Shown: piece by piece, positions 44,546 through 53,260 of the stretch
Position numbering within the stretch: position 1 is the first letter of the stretch
Layout: each line of letters starts with the position of its first letter
The notes under the pieces: model-generated
The model's database searches: none
The model's input: only the letters and a program-made list of their open reading frames with translations
Told to the model about the DNA's origin: nothing
Position numbers and translations under genes: made by a program
Virus record (IMG/VR): IMGVR_UViG_3300034082_002445
Coordinates: 10,140 to 74,139 of that record
Length of the DNA: 64,000 nt
Reading direction: 5' to 3' (one strand)
Origin: a virus
Taxonomy: Duplodnaviria; Heunggongvirae; Uroviricota; Caudoviricetes

Positions 44546-45012
44546 TGAAGCACATTAAATTATTTGAACAGTTCATTAGTGAAGCTGTACAATATAAAAC
44601 TTTAGATGATGATAAAATCAAAACTAAAGATATTCATGACTGGTTGACTAAGATCAGATATAATGTTGGTAAAAGATTTCCAGCTACAAATGCAAAAACC
44701 AGAGAAGAAAAGATTGCAATCATCATGAATCCTGGATTTCAAGGAGCTTATACTGATTATCACCAACAATATTTTGATAGTTTATTAGCACAATGGCAAG
44801 GTGTTTGCGATAGCAATTTATCATCTAGAGGCATTGATGCTAATACCACAAAGGCAGAAAAAGAAGACATGTTTGACGCACTAGAATCTTGGATCACTAG
44901 AGAAAACGGAATCCTTGATGCTATTAAAGAACTTGGATTTGAATCTTTTGCTGCTAATGAAATAATGGGTGTATCTCACAAGAAGCCATTAAAATTAAAA
45001 CGTAAATATTAA
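44545..45012 (+). CDS. CTS-family protein (MKHIKLFEQFISEA)
   Basis: Conserved N-terminus. Confidence 0.55.
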   Translation: MKHIKLFEQFISEAVQYKTLDDDKIKTKDIHDWLTKIRYNVGKRFPATNAKTREEKIAIIMNPGFQGAYTDYHQQYFDSLLAQWQGVCDSNLSSRGIDANTTKAEKEDMFDALESWITRENGILDAIKELGFESFAANEIMGVSHKKPLKLKRKY

Positions 45013-45013
45013 T

Positions 45014-45460
45014 ATGAAGCACGTAAAACTATTTGAAGACTTCTTAGATGAATCCTTCTTAAATGAAATCGAACCAATCAATGAAATAGCTATGAGCTCT
45101 GCTGGTGTTAAATCTTTTTTAAGAGCAATGTACACTAATGCAGATGTCTTAAAAAAGATGGGCTTTAATAGTTTTAAAGATTTAGTAGGTTATATTAAAT
45201 CTAATGATTTACGAGATTGGGATGAATTAAGAGACGAGGCTAGAGAATATGGCTTAGTAGTAACTGAAGCTATCATGAACGAATCTAAAGAGTCAGATAT
45301 ATTAGCCAAAGAAATTGACAAAGCAATTGTTAAAATTAATGACTCATTGTCATACGAAGATTTTGCATTAGCAGTAGCTAAAGTACTTAAAGATGAATAT
45401 GGTACACATAACTTTGCACCATTCATGGAAGTATTACACAAAGACTTAGGAATAAAATAA
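45014..45460 (+). CDS. CTS-family protein (MKHVKLFEDFLDES)
   Basis: Conserved N-terminus. Confidence 0.55.
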   Translation: MKHVKLFEDFLDESFLNEIEPINEIAMSSAGVKSFLRAMYTNADVLKKMGFNSFKDLVGYIKSNDLRDWDELRDEAREYGLVVTEAIMNESKESDILAKEIDKAIVKINDSLSYEDFALAVAKVLKDEYGTHNFAPFMEVLHKDLGIK

Positions 45461-45470
45461 AGACATAGCA

Positions 45471-45794
45471 ATGAAAAACGTAAAACTATTTGAAGACTTC
45501 TTGAATGAAGCTAAGATTTTAACAAGAGACGAAATGATGAGCACTATGCGTACAAAGTATGGTCTTGATTTTGTAAAAACAACTGAAGAATTCGACGGTG
45601 AAGAAGGTGGTATCTGGTTAGGTGGTAGTGATGATCTTTTAATGCCAAATGCCAAAGATGAGATGTTTAACTACTATCATGGTGGATCTAAATATCCTCA
45701 AGGTATTCATAAAGATCTTGCTAAGTTTCTTGACAAATGTGGCTGGTATGGTCAATTTGCAGATCCAGGAACAGTAATGTTATGGCCAAAATAA
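45471..45794 (+). CDS. CTS-family protein (MKNVKLFEDFLNEA)
   Basis: Conserved N-terminus. Confidence 0.55.
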   Translation: MKNVKLFEDFLNEAKILTRDEMMSTMRTKYGLDFVKTTEEFDGEEGGIWLGGSDDLLMPNAKDEMFNYYHGGSKYPQGIHKDLAKFLDKCGWYGQFADPGTVMLWPK

Positions 45795-45806
45795 AAATAT
45801 AAAATT

Positions 45807-46022
45807 ATGAAAAACGTAAAACTATATCAAGAATTTGTAAACGAAGAAAACGTTGAAGAGGCTATGGTCCAAGTTGCTGGTAAAAACAAACCATCTGGTG
45901 CTCAAGTTCTTGCTATGTTAATTGTAAAATACCTTGATGATAATCTAATTATGCCTTCAAATGCAAATAAGAAGGCAATCACAGAAGAGATTAAGCAGTT
46001 AATTATGGATTCTACTTATTAA
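45807..46022 (+). CDS. CTS-family protein (MKNVKLYQEFVNEE), 71 aa
   Basis: Conserved N-terminus. Confidence 0.5.
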   Translation: MKNVKLYQEFVNEENVEEAMVQVAGKNKPSGAQVLAMLIVKYLDDNLIMPSNANKKAITEEIKQLIMDSTY

Positions 46023-46027
46023 AAGTA

Positions 46028-46426
46028 ATGAAGAAGATCAAACTATATGAAGAGTTCTTAGCTGAGAAGAATCTACAAAATGTAGAAGAAGCTGTTGGCG
46101 ATATGGTTAAAGGTGCTGTAAAAGCTGGAGCTAAAAAAGCTGGTAATGCTCTTCTTAAAGCTACTGGTTTGGATCAAGTCAAGAACCTTATGACTCAAGT
46201 TAAAAAGAACAAAGAAAAAGCAGCTAAAATTGCAAAGAAAGCTCAAGCTGCGGCCAAATCAAAAAAGCCAGCAGAAGAAGCAAGCTTAGATAAAAATCTA
46301 GCAGCAGTGCAACTTAATATGACTAATCTTGATGCTCAAAAGCTACAGCTAAAAGCCAAAGAATTAAACATCAAAAAGCAAATTGCAGCTGAAAAAGCAA
46401 AACCTGATGAACCAAAGAAAAAATAA
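46028..46426 (+). CDS. CTS-family K/A-rich histone H1-like protein
   Basis: MKKIKLYEEFLAEK then KAGAKKAGNALLKA...KKNKEKAAKIAKKAQAAAKSKKPAEE. Confidence 0.55.
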   Translation: MKKIKLYEEFLAEKNLQNVEEAVGDMVKGAVKAGAKKAGNALLKATGLDQVKNLMTQVKKNKEKAAKIAKKAQAAAKSKKPAEEASLDKNLAAVQLNMTNLDAQKLQLKAKELNIKKQIAAEKAKPDEPKKK

Positions 46427-46513
46427 TTGTTCGCAACTTTATTAAAAATACTTAAGCCCAGATTTTTTTATTTGGGCTTTTTTGTTTATATTTACATAGA
46501 TAAATAAAAGATT
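46427..46513 (+). promoter_or_regulatory. Intergenic cassette (TAATTGTTCGCAACTTTATT, hairpin aagcccaga/tttgggctt + T6, then TATATTTACATAGATAAATAAAAG)
   Basis: Matches the cassette consensus. Confidence 0.55.
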
Positions 46514-47104
46514 ATGGATATTAAACATTATAATGAATTAAACGAAGCTAAACCATACCGATTGGGTAAAATCATGGTCTTTGATCTTGATGACACCTTA
46601 GTAATTACACAAGCTAAAATTAGGGTTTGTGATAAATTAACTGGTAAATGCTTTGAATTAACACCAGAGGAATTCAATGAATATGAAAAGAATCCTAATC
46701 ATGTTCTAGACTTTAGTGATTTCAAGAGCCTAGAGGTGATGAAAGCTGGTAAGCTCATAATGTATTACTTAAAGATATTAGCTCAAGCCTATAAGTCTGG
46801 AATAGCCATTGGTATTGTTACAGCTCGTGACGATAGAGACATGATTTACAAATGGATGAGAGAACATGTTGGATTTAGAATTGACAGAGATTTAATCTAT
46901 GCCGTTAATGATCCTATTCATCGTTTTAAGGGTTCTATTAGTGAACGTAAGAAAGAAGCTTTTGTCGAATTGGCTAAACAAGGTTTTCATAGCTTTCAAT
47001 TCTTTGATGATGATCAAAACAATTTAGATTTGGTTAAAACTCTTGAAGTTGAATACGACATTACAATTTCCACAATCAAAGCCAACAAAAACATCTCTTT
47101 TTAA
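46514..47104 (+). CDS. HAD-superfamily phosphatase (Pnk 3'-phosphatase / 5'-nucleotidase-like)
   Basis: Motif I MVFDLDDTLV (DxDxT), motif II IGIVTAR, motif IV FFDDDQNN. Confidence 0.7.
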   Translation: MDIKHYNELNEAKPYRLGKIMVFDLDDTLVITQAKIRVCDKLTGKCFELTPEEFNEYEKNPNHVLDFSDFKSLEVMKAGKLIMYYLKILAQAYKSGIAIGIVTARDDRDMIYKWMREHVGFRIDRDLIYAVNDPIHRFKGSISERKKEAFVELAKQGFHSFQFFDDDQNNLDLVKTLEVEYDITISTIKANKNISF

Positions 47105-47176
47105 AAGAAACAAAAGATTTTGCGTATATATAAGCTATGGAGAATCACCTTCATAGATCAAAATATTTAGTGCAAA

Positions 47177-47374
47177 ATGGACGATTTCATCACAGAACCT
47201 TCGTCGGCTTCTGAGATGGATCCCCTAAGAGAGATCAACACTACTGGCTCTAAGAAAGAGGCAAAAATCATGGATAAATTAAGATCCATGCCATTTGCAG
47301 AATTAATCGAAGGACTAGATGTAGCTGATGATTGCGCTTATTGGTTCCAGTTCGGCGTCGGCGGCCCAGCGTAA
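47177..47374 (+). CDS. hypothetical acidic protein (65 aa)
   Basis: ORF track. Confidence 0.35.
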   Translation: MDDFITEPSSASEMDPLREINTTGSKKEAKIMDKLRSMPFAELIEGLDVADDCAYWFQFGVGGPA

Positions 47375-47380
47375 AGCATT

Positions 47381-47406
47381 AAAGGAGACGTAAGTCTCCT
47401 TTTTTA
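47381..47406 (+). terminator. rho-independent terminator
   Basis: aaaggagacgtaagtctcc followed by T6. Confidence 0.6.
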
Positions 47407-50369
47407 TGAAGATATATAATGAAACAAAAATAAAGTTAAAAATGAATTACGTAAACTTCAATAACTTCCAACCACTAAACGAGACCGTTTATACAAGAGA
47501 AGAAGCAAAGACTGCCATTCTAATGGTAGAAACCAAAAACACAGCAAAAGCAAATATTTTAGTTGCTAATTTACCAGAAGAAGGAAATAGCATTAAGACT
47601 ATTCTTAGTTTGGTAGAAAACAAACTTGATATGGTTTCTGCTCTTAAAGCAGCAAAAGAATTGCTAGAAAGAAATGCATTTTTAGGTGCATTAGCAAAGG
47701 CAAGAGAAGCCAAAGCAAAAACATTTGAATTTAATGGCAAAGAATATGAAGTATTCGGTGCTGATGTTAGTGAAGAAGAAGCAGTAGAAGAAAAATTCAA
47801 ATACACTGAAGATCAAGTTAATATGGCTTATGGCTTTTATGGTTCTTTAGAAACAGTTTACAAAGAAGCTCAAGTACAGAAAATGTTTACAGATGCTGTT
47901 GCTGATTTAATGAAAGCATTCAAGATTAGCGAAGAAGTAGCATTACTAGTTTTAAATGCTCCAATTGGTCGTCATACAGCTGATATGCTTTATTCTAAGT
48001 TTGCAGCAACTGCATCAGAAGGTATTTTAAAATACTTTGGTGGTTCAGAAGCTAAAGCTAAGAATTTTATTAATCAAATGCACAAAGCAAATGAAGCAAT
48101 GAATCCTAACACCGAACTTAAAGAAGCTCTTACATCTAAAAAGCCAAATGAAGTTGAAACTATTGAACTTGATATGGCATGGGACGATTCAGACAAAGAA
48201 GAAGACAAAGCAGCTAAAGCCGCTTTCAAGAAATATAAACTTACAGTAAAAGGTGCTAATGGCCAACCTGGAACTTATGAAATGACTGGTAAGAAAAAAG
48301 ACATTCTTGCATACTTACAAAGTGAATTCTATGAAATGGATGCAGATACTGTTGAAGAATATTATCCAGAACTTTTAGAAGCAAACTCAAATTATGGTGC
48401 ACCTGCAGGCTTATCAAAAGCAGAAACTAAAAAAGTAGCTGAAACTCTTGCTAAAGCAATTTCTAAAAATGACGGTGTTAAATGCACGGTTAATGTTAAA
48501 ACTCTAGAAGAAGATTCATTTGACTTAGATGTTGACGGCGAAGAATATGATGGTGGTTCTTATAACATCTACGATGATGGATCTGTAAGAAACATGGCTG
48601 TAAGAGGTGAGAAATACGGTACAACTACTTCAACGGTTGAAGATTTTATCAAAGGTTTAAAGAAGCCAGTTAAAGAATCAGTAATTAATGAAGCACTTTC
48701 AAAAGAGCAGAAAATGGTTGAGACTTTCTTAAATAAAATAGCTAAAGAATTTGATTACTCTATTCAAGATGCTGTTAGATTTGTAAAAGAAACTATCTCT
48801 AAAATGGGATTAGATGAGGCTAAAGTTAATGAAGATGAAACTTTAATCTTTGATGAGGTTGGTACAACTTTAACACAATTACAAGATCAAATTATTATGA
48901 TGCTTGGATGGGACATTAAAGATCAAAAATGGATCAATGGTTTAAAAGCTATTCAAAAAGATCTAGACAGAGTAGAAAATACTATTGCTAAATTTGATCA
49001 GAAATTGGGAGCTATTGAGTATAACGAATCAGTTACAGAAGCTAACGATCATGAAGTTGGAATGGCAAATGGTCAATTACTTGATATTGCTAAGAATGCA
49101 GCTGAATTAATGAAAAAGATTGGTGAGACTGAAAAAGATCTTCCAGGTTGGATTCAAGATCACATCTCACAGGCACAAAACTTCTTAAATCAAGCTAACA
49201 CATCTTATCATGAATTAGAAGAATCTACAGAACTAGAAGAGGCTAAGAAATATGATTTAGGTTTTGGTTCATTAGGTAACGGAACGACAGTTTGGAACAG
49301 AGCACAGGAAGTAAATGGTGATTACAAAACAGTAGCACATATTTCAGTTGGTGGTAACATTACTTATTATGATAAGAAAATGCCAGAAGATGTTAAAAAG
49401 CAAATTGAAGACATGGCTGCAAATGAATCTACTATTACTGAAAAAGTTGATATGGCTGAATTAGAAAATACACTAAAAAGAGTTAAAAAAGAAAATCCTG
49501 GTAAAAAAGTAGGTTATATCTTTGTTCAAGATGCTCCAAAGGGTTACAAAATTTCAATTGATGGTAAATATACTAATGAATCTTTCAACGAAGGTGCAAT
49601 GGCTGATATTGACATAATGGCTCAAGAAGCAAAGGACTTTAAAGCATTTGTAAAGGCATTCACAAAAGAACACCATGATCTATCTAAAGCTGGTGAACCT
49701 GGTCAATTTGAATCATGGTTGAAATCAATTTATGATAATGCTAAAGAAAACATGGATGAGTCAGTAATTGCTGAAGCAAAAAAAGTAAAATTTGTTCTAT
49801 ACACAAATCCTGGAAATTCAACTAGCGCAGGCTATGTTGCAATTGGAACTGAAGATGTAAGAGAAGTTTTAAGCGACGCAAAAAGATATTCTGATAGTTA
49901 CAAGATATTATATCAAGGAAGTGGTACACAAGCTGACTTGGTAAAAGCTAAAAACATGTTTAGTGATTATAGTTTCGGTAACGAATCAATTGATGAAAAC
50001 ACAGATGAGTCTTTGGTTACCGAAAAAGATGAAGCGGTTTTTATTGAGTTCTTAAACAAAGACAAAAACTTTAAAAAAGACACTAAGCACTTTAAGTCTT
50101 ATGATGAAGCTGTAAAATGGGCAAAAGCAAACTTTGATAAATTTAGTCCTGATATGATTAAATACGAATCATTAGAAATCAATGAAAAGAACGAAGTAAC
50201 TGTTTCTTTAAGATATGCTGTACAAGCTAATGATATTTTTGATGACATGTATAGAAAATTAGGTGAGAAAGAATCTACAGATGTATTCTCTTTTAAATCT
50301 AAAACATACGCAAATGACTTCATCGAATCATTAATCATGGTTGGTGTTCCCAAGAATGAAATCAACTAA
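47406..50369 (+). CDS. Large (987 aa) acidic K/E-rich hypothetical protein; candidate virion internal or structural protein
   Basis: Longest ORF in the window; predicted largely helical with low-complexity acidic tracts; weak CTS-like start MKIYNETKIKLK. Confidence 0.55.
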   Translation: MKIYNETKIKLKMNYVNFNNFQPLNETVYTREEAKTAILMVETKNTAKANILVANLPEEGNSIKTILSLVENKLDMVSALKAAKELLERNAFLGALAKAREAKAKTFEFNGKEYEVFGADVSEEEAVEEKFKYTEDQVNMAYGFYGSLETVYKEAQVQKMFTDAVADLMKAFKISEEVALLVLNAPIGRHTADMLYSKFAATASEGILKYFGGSEAKAKNFINQMHKANEAMNPNTELKEALTSKKPNEVETIELDMAWDDSDKEEDKAAKAAFKKYKLTVKGANGQPGTYEMTGKKKDILAYLQSEFYEMDADTVEEYYPELLEANSNYGAPAGLSKAETKKVAETLAKAISKNDGVKCTVNVKTLEEDSFDLDVDGEEYDGGSYNIYDDGSVRNMAVRGEKYGTTTSTVEDFIKGLKKPVKESVINEALSKEQKMVETFLNKIAKEFDYSIQDAVRFVKETISKMGLDEAKVNEDETLIFDEVGTTLTQLQDQIIMMLGWDIKDQKWINGLKAIQKDLDRVENTIAKFDQKLGAIEYNESVTEANDHEVGMANGQLLDIAKNAAELMKKIGETEKDLPGWIQDHISQAQNFLNQANTSYHELEESTELEEAKKYDLGFGSLGNGTTVWNRAQEVNGDYKTVAHISVGGNITYYDKKMPEDVKKQIEDMAANESTITEKVDMAELENTLKRVKKENPGKKVGYIFVQDAPKGYKISIDGKYTNESFNEGAMADIDIMAQEAKDFKAFVKAFTKEHHDLSKAGEPGQFESWLKSIYDNAKENMDESVIAEAKKVKFVLYTNPGNSTSAGYVAIGTEDVREVLSDAKRYSDSYKILYQGSGTQADLVKAKNMFSDYSFGNESIDENTDESLVTEKDEAVFIEFLNKDKNFKKDTKHFKSYDEAVKWAKANFDKFSPDMIKYESLEINEKNEVTVSLRYAVQANDIFDDMYRKLGEKESTDVFSFKSKTYANDFIESLIMVGVPKNEIN

Positions 50370-50390
50370 TTAATAATCAATATATTACAT

Positions 50391-50419
50391 GAAGGCCAGA
50401 TATACTGGCCTTCTTTTTG
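50391..50419 (+). terminator. rho-independent terminator
   Basis: gaaggccagatatactggccttc followed by T5. Confidence 0.65.
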
Positions 50420-50475
50420 TTTGAAACTTTTTAAAACTAGTTCATATAAATTATACACTAACTAAATTTAATATT

Positions 50476-51048
50476 ATGATTTACAAGTATTGTACAAAAG
50501 GACTAGAGTTTAAAAGAGTTAAACTGGTCAAACCAACAATCTATACAAGCATCATCTTAGGTGTATTAATAGTAAGTTCTTATTTTATGGGTCGCATGGG
50601 ACAAATTACCAAGTTGACCACATACGAAAGAGAAGTTTTAATGGTTAGATCTGATTCTTCAAGAGTTAATTTTAGCAAAGAAAAGTTTGCTACTATGTTA
50701 AAGGATCTAAATGTAAAGTTTCCACATATTGTAATGGCTCAGTCTATTATTGAAACTGGAAAGTTTAAAAGCACAATCTTTAAAACTAATCACAATCTAT
50801 TTGGCATGAAAGAAGCCAATCGCAGAATTACAACTGCACAAGGCACACAATTAAATCATGCTTATTACAATTCTTGGCAAGAATCTGTCTATGACTATGC
50901 ATTCTTTCAATGTAGGTACTTAGGCCAAATTCAAACAGAAGATGAGTACTATGCATACTTAGGTGCAAACTACGCCGAAGCATCAAATTACGTACAAGTT
51001 CTTAAGTCTACAATAGAACGAGAAGGACTCAAACAACTATTTAATTAA
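50476..51048 (+). CDS. Membrane-anchored peptidoglycan hydrolase (FlgJ-like N-acetylglucosaminidase domain)
   Basis: Transmembrane helix then AQSIIETGKFKSTIFKTNHNLFGMKE, the glucosaminidase signature (ETG...S......NNLFGIK). Confidence 0.65.
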   Translation: MIYKYCTKGLEFKRVKLVKPTIYTSIILGVLIVSSYFMGRMGQITKLTTYEREVLMVRSDSSRVNFSKEKFATMLKDLNVKFPHIVMAQSIIETGKFKSTIFKTNHNLFGMKEANRRITTAQGTQLNHAYYNSWQESVYDYAFFQCRYLGQIQTEDEYYAYLGANYAEASNYVQVLKSTIEREGLKQLFN

Positions 51049-51072
51049 GAAAAGGCCGTAAGGCCTTTTTCT
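51049..51072 (+). terminator. rho-independent terminator
   Basis: aaaaggccgtaaggcc followed by T5. Confidence 0.6.
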
Positions 51073-51103
51073 TTGATATATAAAGCAAAAATAAACCAAA
51101 TTC

Positions 51104-51775
51104 ATGAACATACTGTTTTTTGACAATTTCATAGACTTTATCGGTCCACAAGCCCAGAAAATGGGCATGACTAGAGAAGAATATGTAGCTTACTACTTAA
51201 CTGAATCAGACAAATCTGATAACTCACTAGGACTTATGGCATTCGAAGCTTACCAAACATACGACGATTACAATAAAAGCAAGAAATCATTTGGATCTCC
51301 AGAAGATTTAGAAGCTGATGTTCTAGTTTCAGTTAAACACTTAATTCCAGTAAAATTTGACAAAGCTGACTCTTTTATTAAATCATTTGAAGATCAAAGT
51401 CAAGAGAAAAAAGGAATCAAGTTTGAGATTAAATTGACAACAGGAGATGTTATCCATGCCTATAAAATTGGTTCTTTTAGAGGATCATGGGAATGGTATC
51501 TAAATAAGAAGAAATTAACTAAGGATCAAATCTTAGCTATTTTAACAGATAAGATGTACACACCTTATGAGATTTGGCAAATGAATTTTGATAGATTCGA
51601 TAAGTATCACATGTATTCTGATGACAATAGAGCTTATACTGCTGGTAAATCACACGAAAGAGAGATTGAAAGAATGTACAATGGACTATCAAACAATGAA
51701 AAAACAAAGGCTTACAAATATTATGTAAGTCAATCACAAAGTCCTATTGATTTTGTTAACTTCAAAGGGATTTAA
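51104..51775 (+). CDS. hypothetical protein
   Basis: ORF track. Confidence 0.45.
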   Translation: MNILFFDNFIDFIGPQAQKMGMTREEYVAYYLTESDKSDNSLGLMAFEAYQTYDDYNKSKKSFGSPEDLEADVLVSVKHLIPVKFDKADSFIKSFEDQSQEKKGIKFEIKLTTGDVIHAYKIGSFRGSWEWYLNKKKLTKDQILAILTDKMYTPYEIWQMNFDRFDKYHMYSDDNRAYTAGKSHEREIERMYNGLSNNEKTKAYKYYVSQSQSPIDFVNFKGI

Positions 51776-51793
51776 AATAAAGATACATACTAT

Positions 51794-53161
51794 ATGAAAA
51801 CAACATTTAAAGAATTCGTCGGAGAAGCCTTAATTACAGAAGGTCAATTCTCGTGGATGACACATGATACAGGAAACCAAATTGGTTCTGAAAAGCAAAA
51901 TACCATTGAAGTTACTATGTTTGACAACAAAGGTAACAAATGGACTGAGAAGAAATACGACGGTTACGGAGAATTCAGTGGTAAAGACTACTATGAATTA
52001 CTAGCTCAAATGAATGGTATTGAAAATGCAGGCAGACAAGATGGTATTGATCTAGCGTTTGGTAAACAAAGAATCAAAGGAAAAGTTCTTTTCCCAGCTC
52101 TAATAGAAGATCCAAGAAGCTTTAACTATAAAAAGCACGATTTTACACAAGAAGCACCAAATGATCCAAATCAATCATGGTACCAAGAAGAAGAGGAAGA
52201 TGATTACAATGAATCAATAGTTACTGAATCTGCAGTTACTAAATTAGCTGACAAACTTATGGATATGGATTACACTGTTTTTAAATCATTAGGTTTAAGA
52301 AGTGGTGGAGAATTATATTCAAACAAAATGATGCAGAAAAAGTACACAGATGCTATGAAAGCTGCAATTGACAAAGCTGGTATCGCAGATACAATTACTA
52401 AAAATGGTCAAGCAATCTATGATGAATTAGAGGACAACAACTATCACTCAACAAATGCATTTTTAGTCTTAGGTGGTTATATTTTACCTAAATTAATTGG
52501 CATGTATAAAGAAATAGCTAAGTCAAGTCCTAATTCAACTTTACAACCATTCAATGAATCATTAGTGACAGAATCAAAAGTTACTTTCCACTTTAAAGAA
52601 TTTGACAATTCATTACACTTCTCCGATGGCACAATCGTCAAGATTGACTATGATGGTGATTTTGAATATAGAAGCAAATGGTTTACAATAGAAAGCGATG
52701 TTGAAAAACAATTAAACAAAGCATTTCCAACTGATAAATTTCAACACGCAGCTAGATTAGATGAATCAGTTGCTACTTCTACATCAAGTTCTGATGAATA
52801 TTCTTCGTTTTTTGTAAAGCTTTTAGCAGTAAGAGACCAAGCACATATTTTTCATTGGCAAACCAAAAGTTTTGAAGAACATGATGCATTTGGAGGTCAT
52901 TACGAAGCTTACATTGGTTTAATGGATAATTTAGCCGAAGCTATTATGGGTAAATATCAAAGACCATCTCTTGTTAAAGGAATTATTGAACTAGAAGACT
53001 ATAGTCCTCAAGCAATAGAAACATATTTAGGTGATTGCTATATGTTATTTGTTGAAGATTCAAAGGCGATATTCTCTGAACAAGATTCAGAACTTAACAA
53101 CATCGTTGATGAAATTATCGCTTTACTAGATAAGTTAAAATATGTTTTAACTTTAAAGTAA
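51794..53161 (+). CDS. CTS-like protein (MKTTFKEFVGEA; closest to T4 MKTYQEFIAEA), 455 aa
   Basis: N-terminal similarity; no recognisable domain. Confidence 0.5.
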   Translation: MKTTFKEFVGEALITEGQFSWMTHDTGNQIGSEKQNTIEVTMFDNKGNKWTEKKYDGYGEFSGKDYYELLAQMNGIENAGRQDGIDLAFGKQRIKGKVLFPALIEDPRSFNYKKHDFTQEAPNDPNQSWYQEEEEDDYNESIVTESAVTKLADKLMDMDYTVFKSLGLRSGGELYSNKMMQKKYTDAMKAAIDKAGIADTITKNGQAIYDELEDNNYHSTNAFLVLGGYILPKLIGMYKEIAKSSPNSTLQPFNESLVTESKVTFHFKEFDNSLHFSDGTIVKIDYDGDFEYRSKWFTIESDVEKQLNKAFPTDKFQHAARLDESVATSTSSSDEYSSFFVKLLAVRDQAHIFHWQTKSFEEHDAFGGHYEAYIGLMDNLAEAIMGKYQRPSLVKGIIELEDYSPQAIETYLGDCYMLFVEDSKAIFSEQDSELNNIVDEIIALLDKLKYVLTLK

Positions 53162-53197
53162 CTTTACATATTGTAAGCATTTTACTTTACACATTGC

Positions 53198-53226
53198 GAA
53201 GGGCGTCATTGACGCCCTTTTTTTGT
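53198..53226 (+). terminator. rho-independent terminator
   Basis: gaagggcgtcattgacgccc followed by T7. Confidence 0.65.
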
Positions 53227-53260
53227 TTGATATATAGCCTAAATAAATACATAGTCCAAC

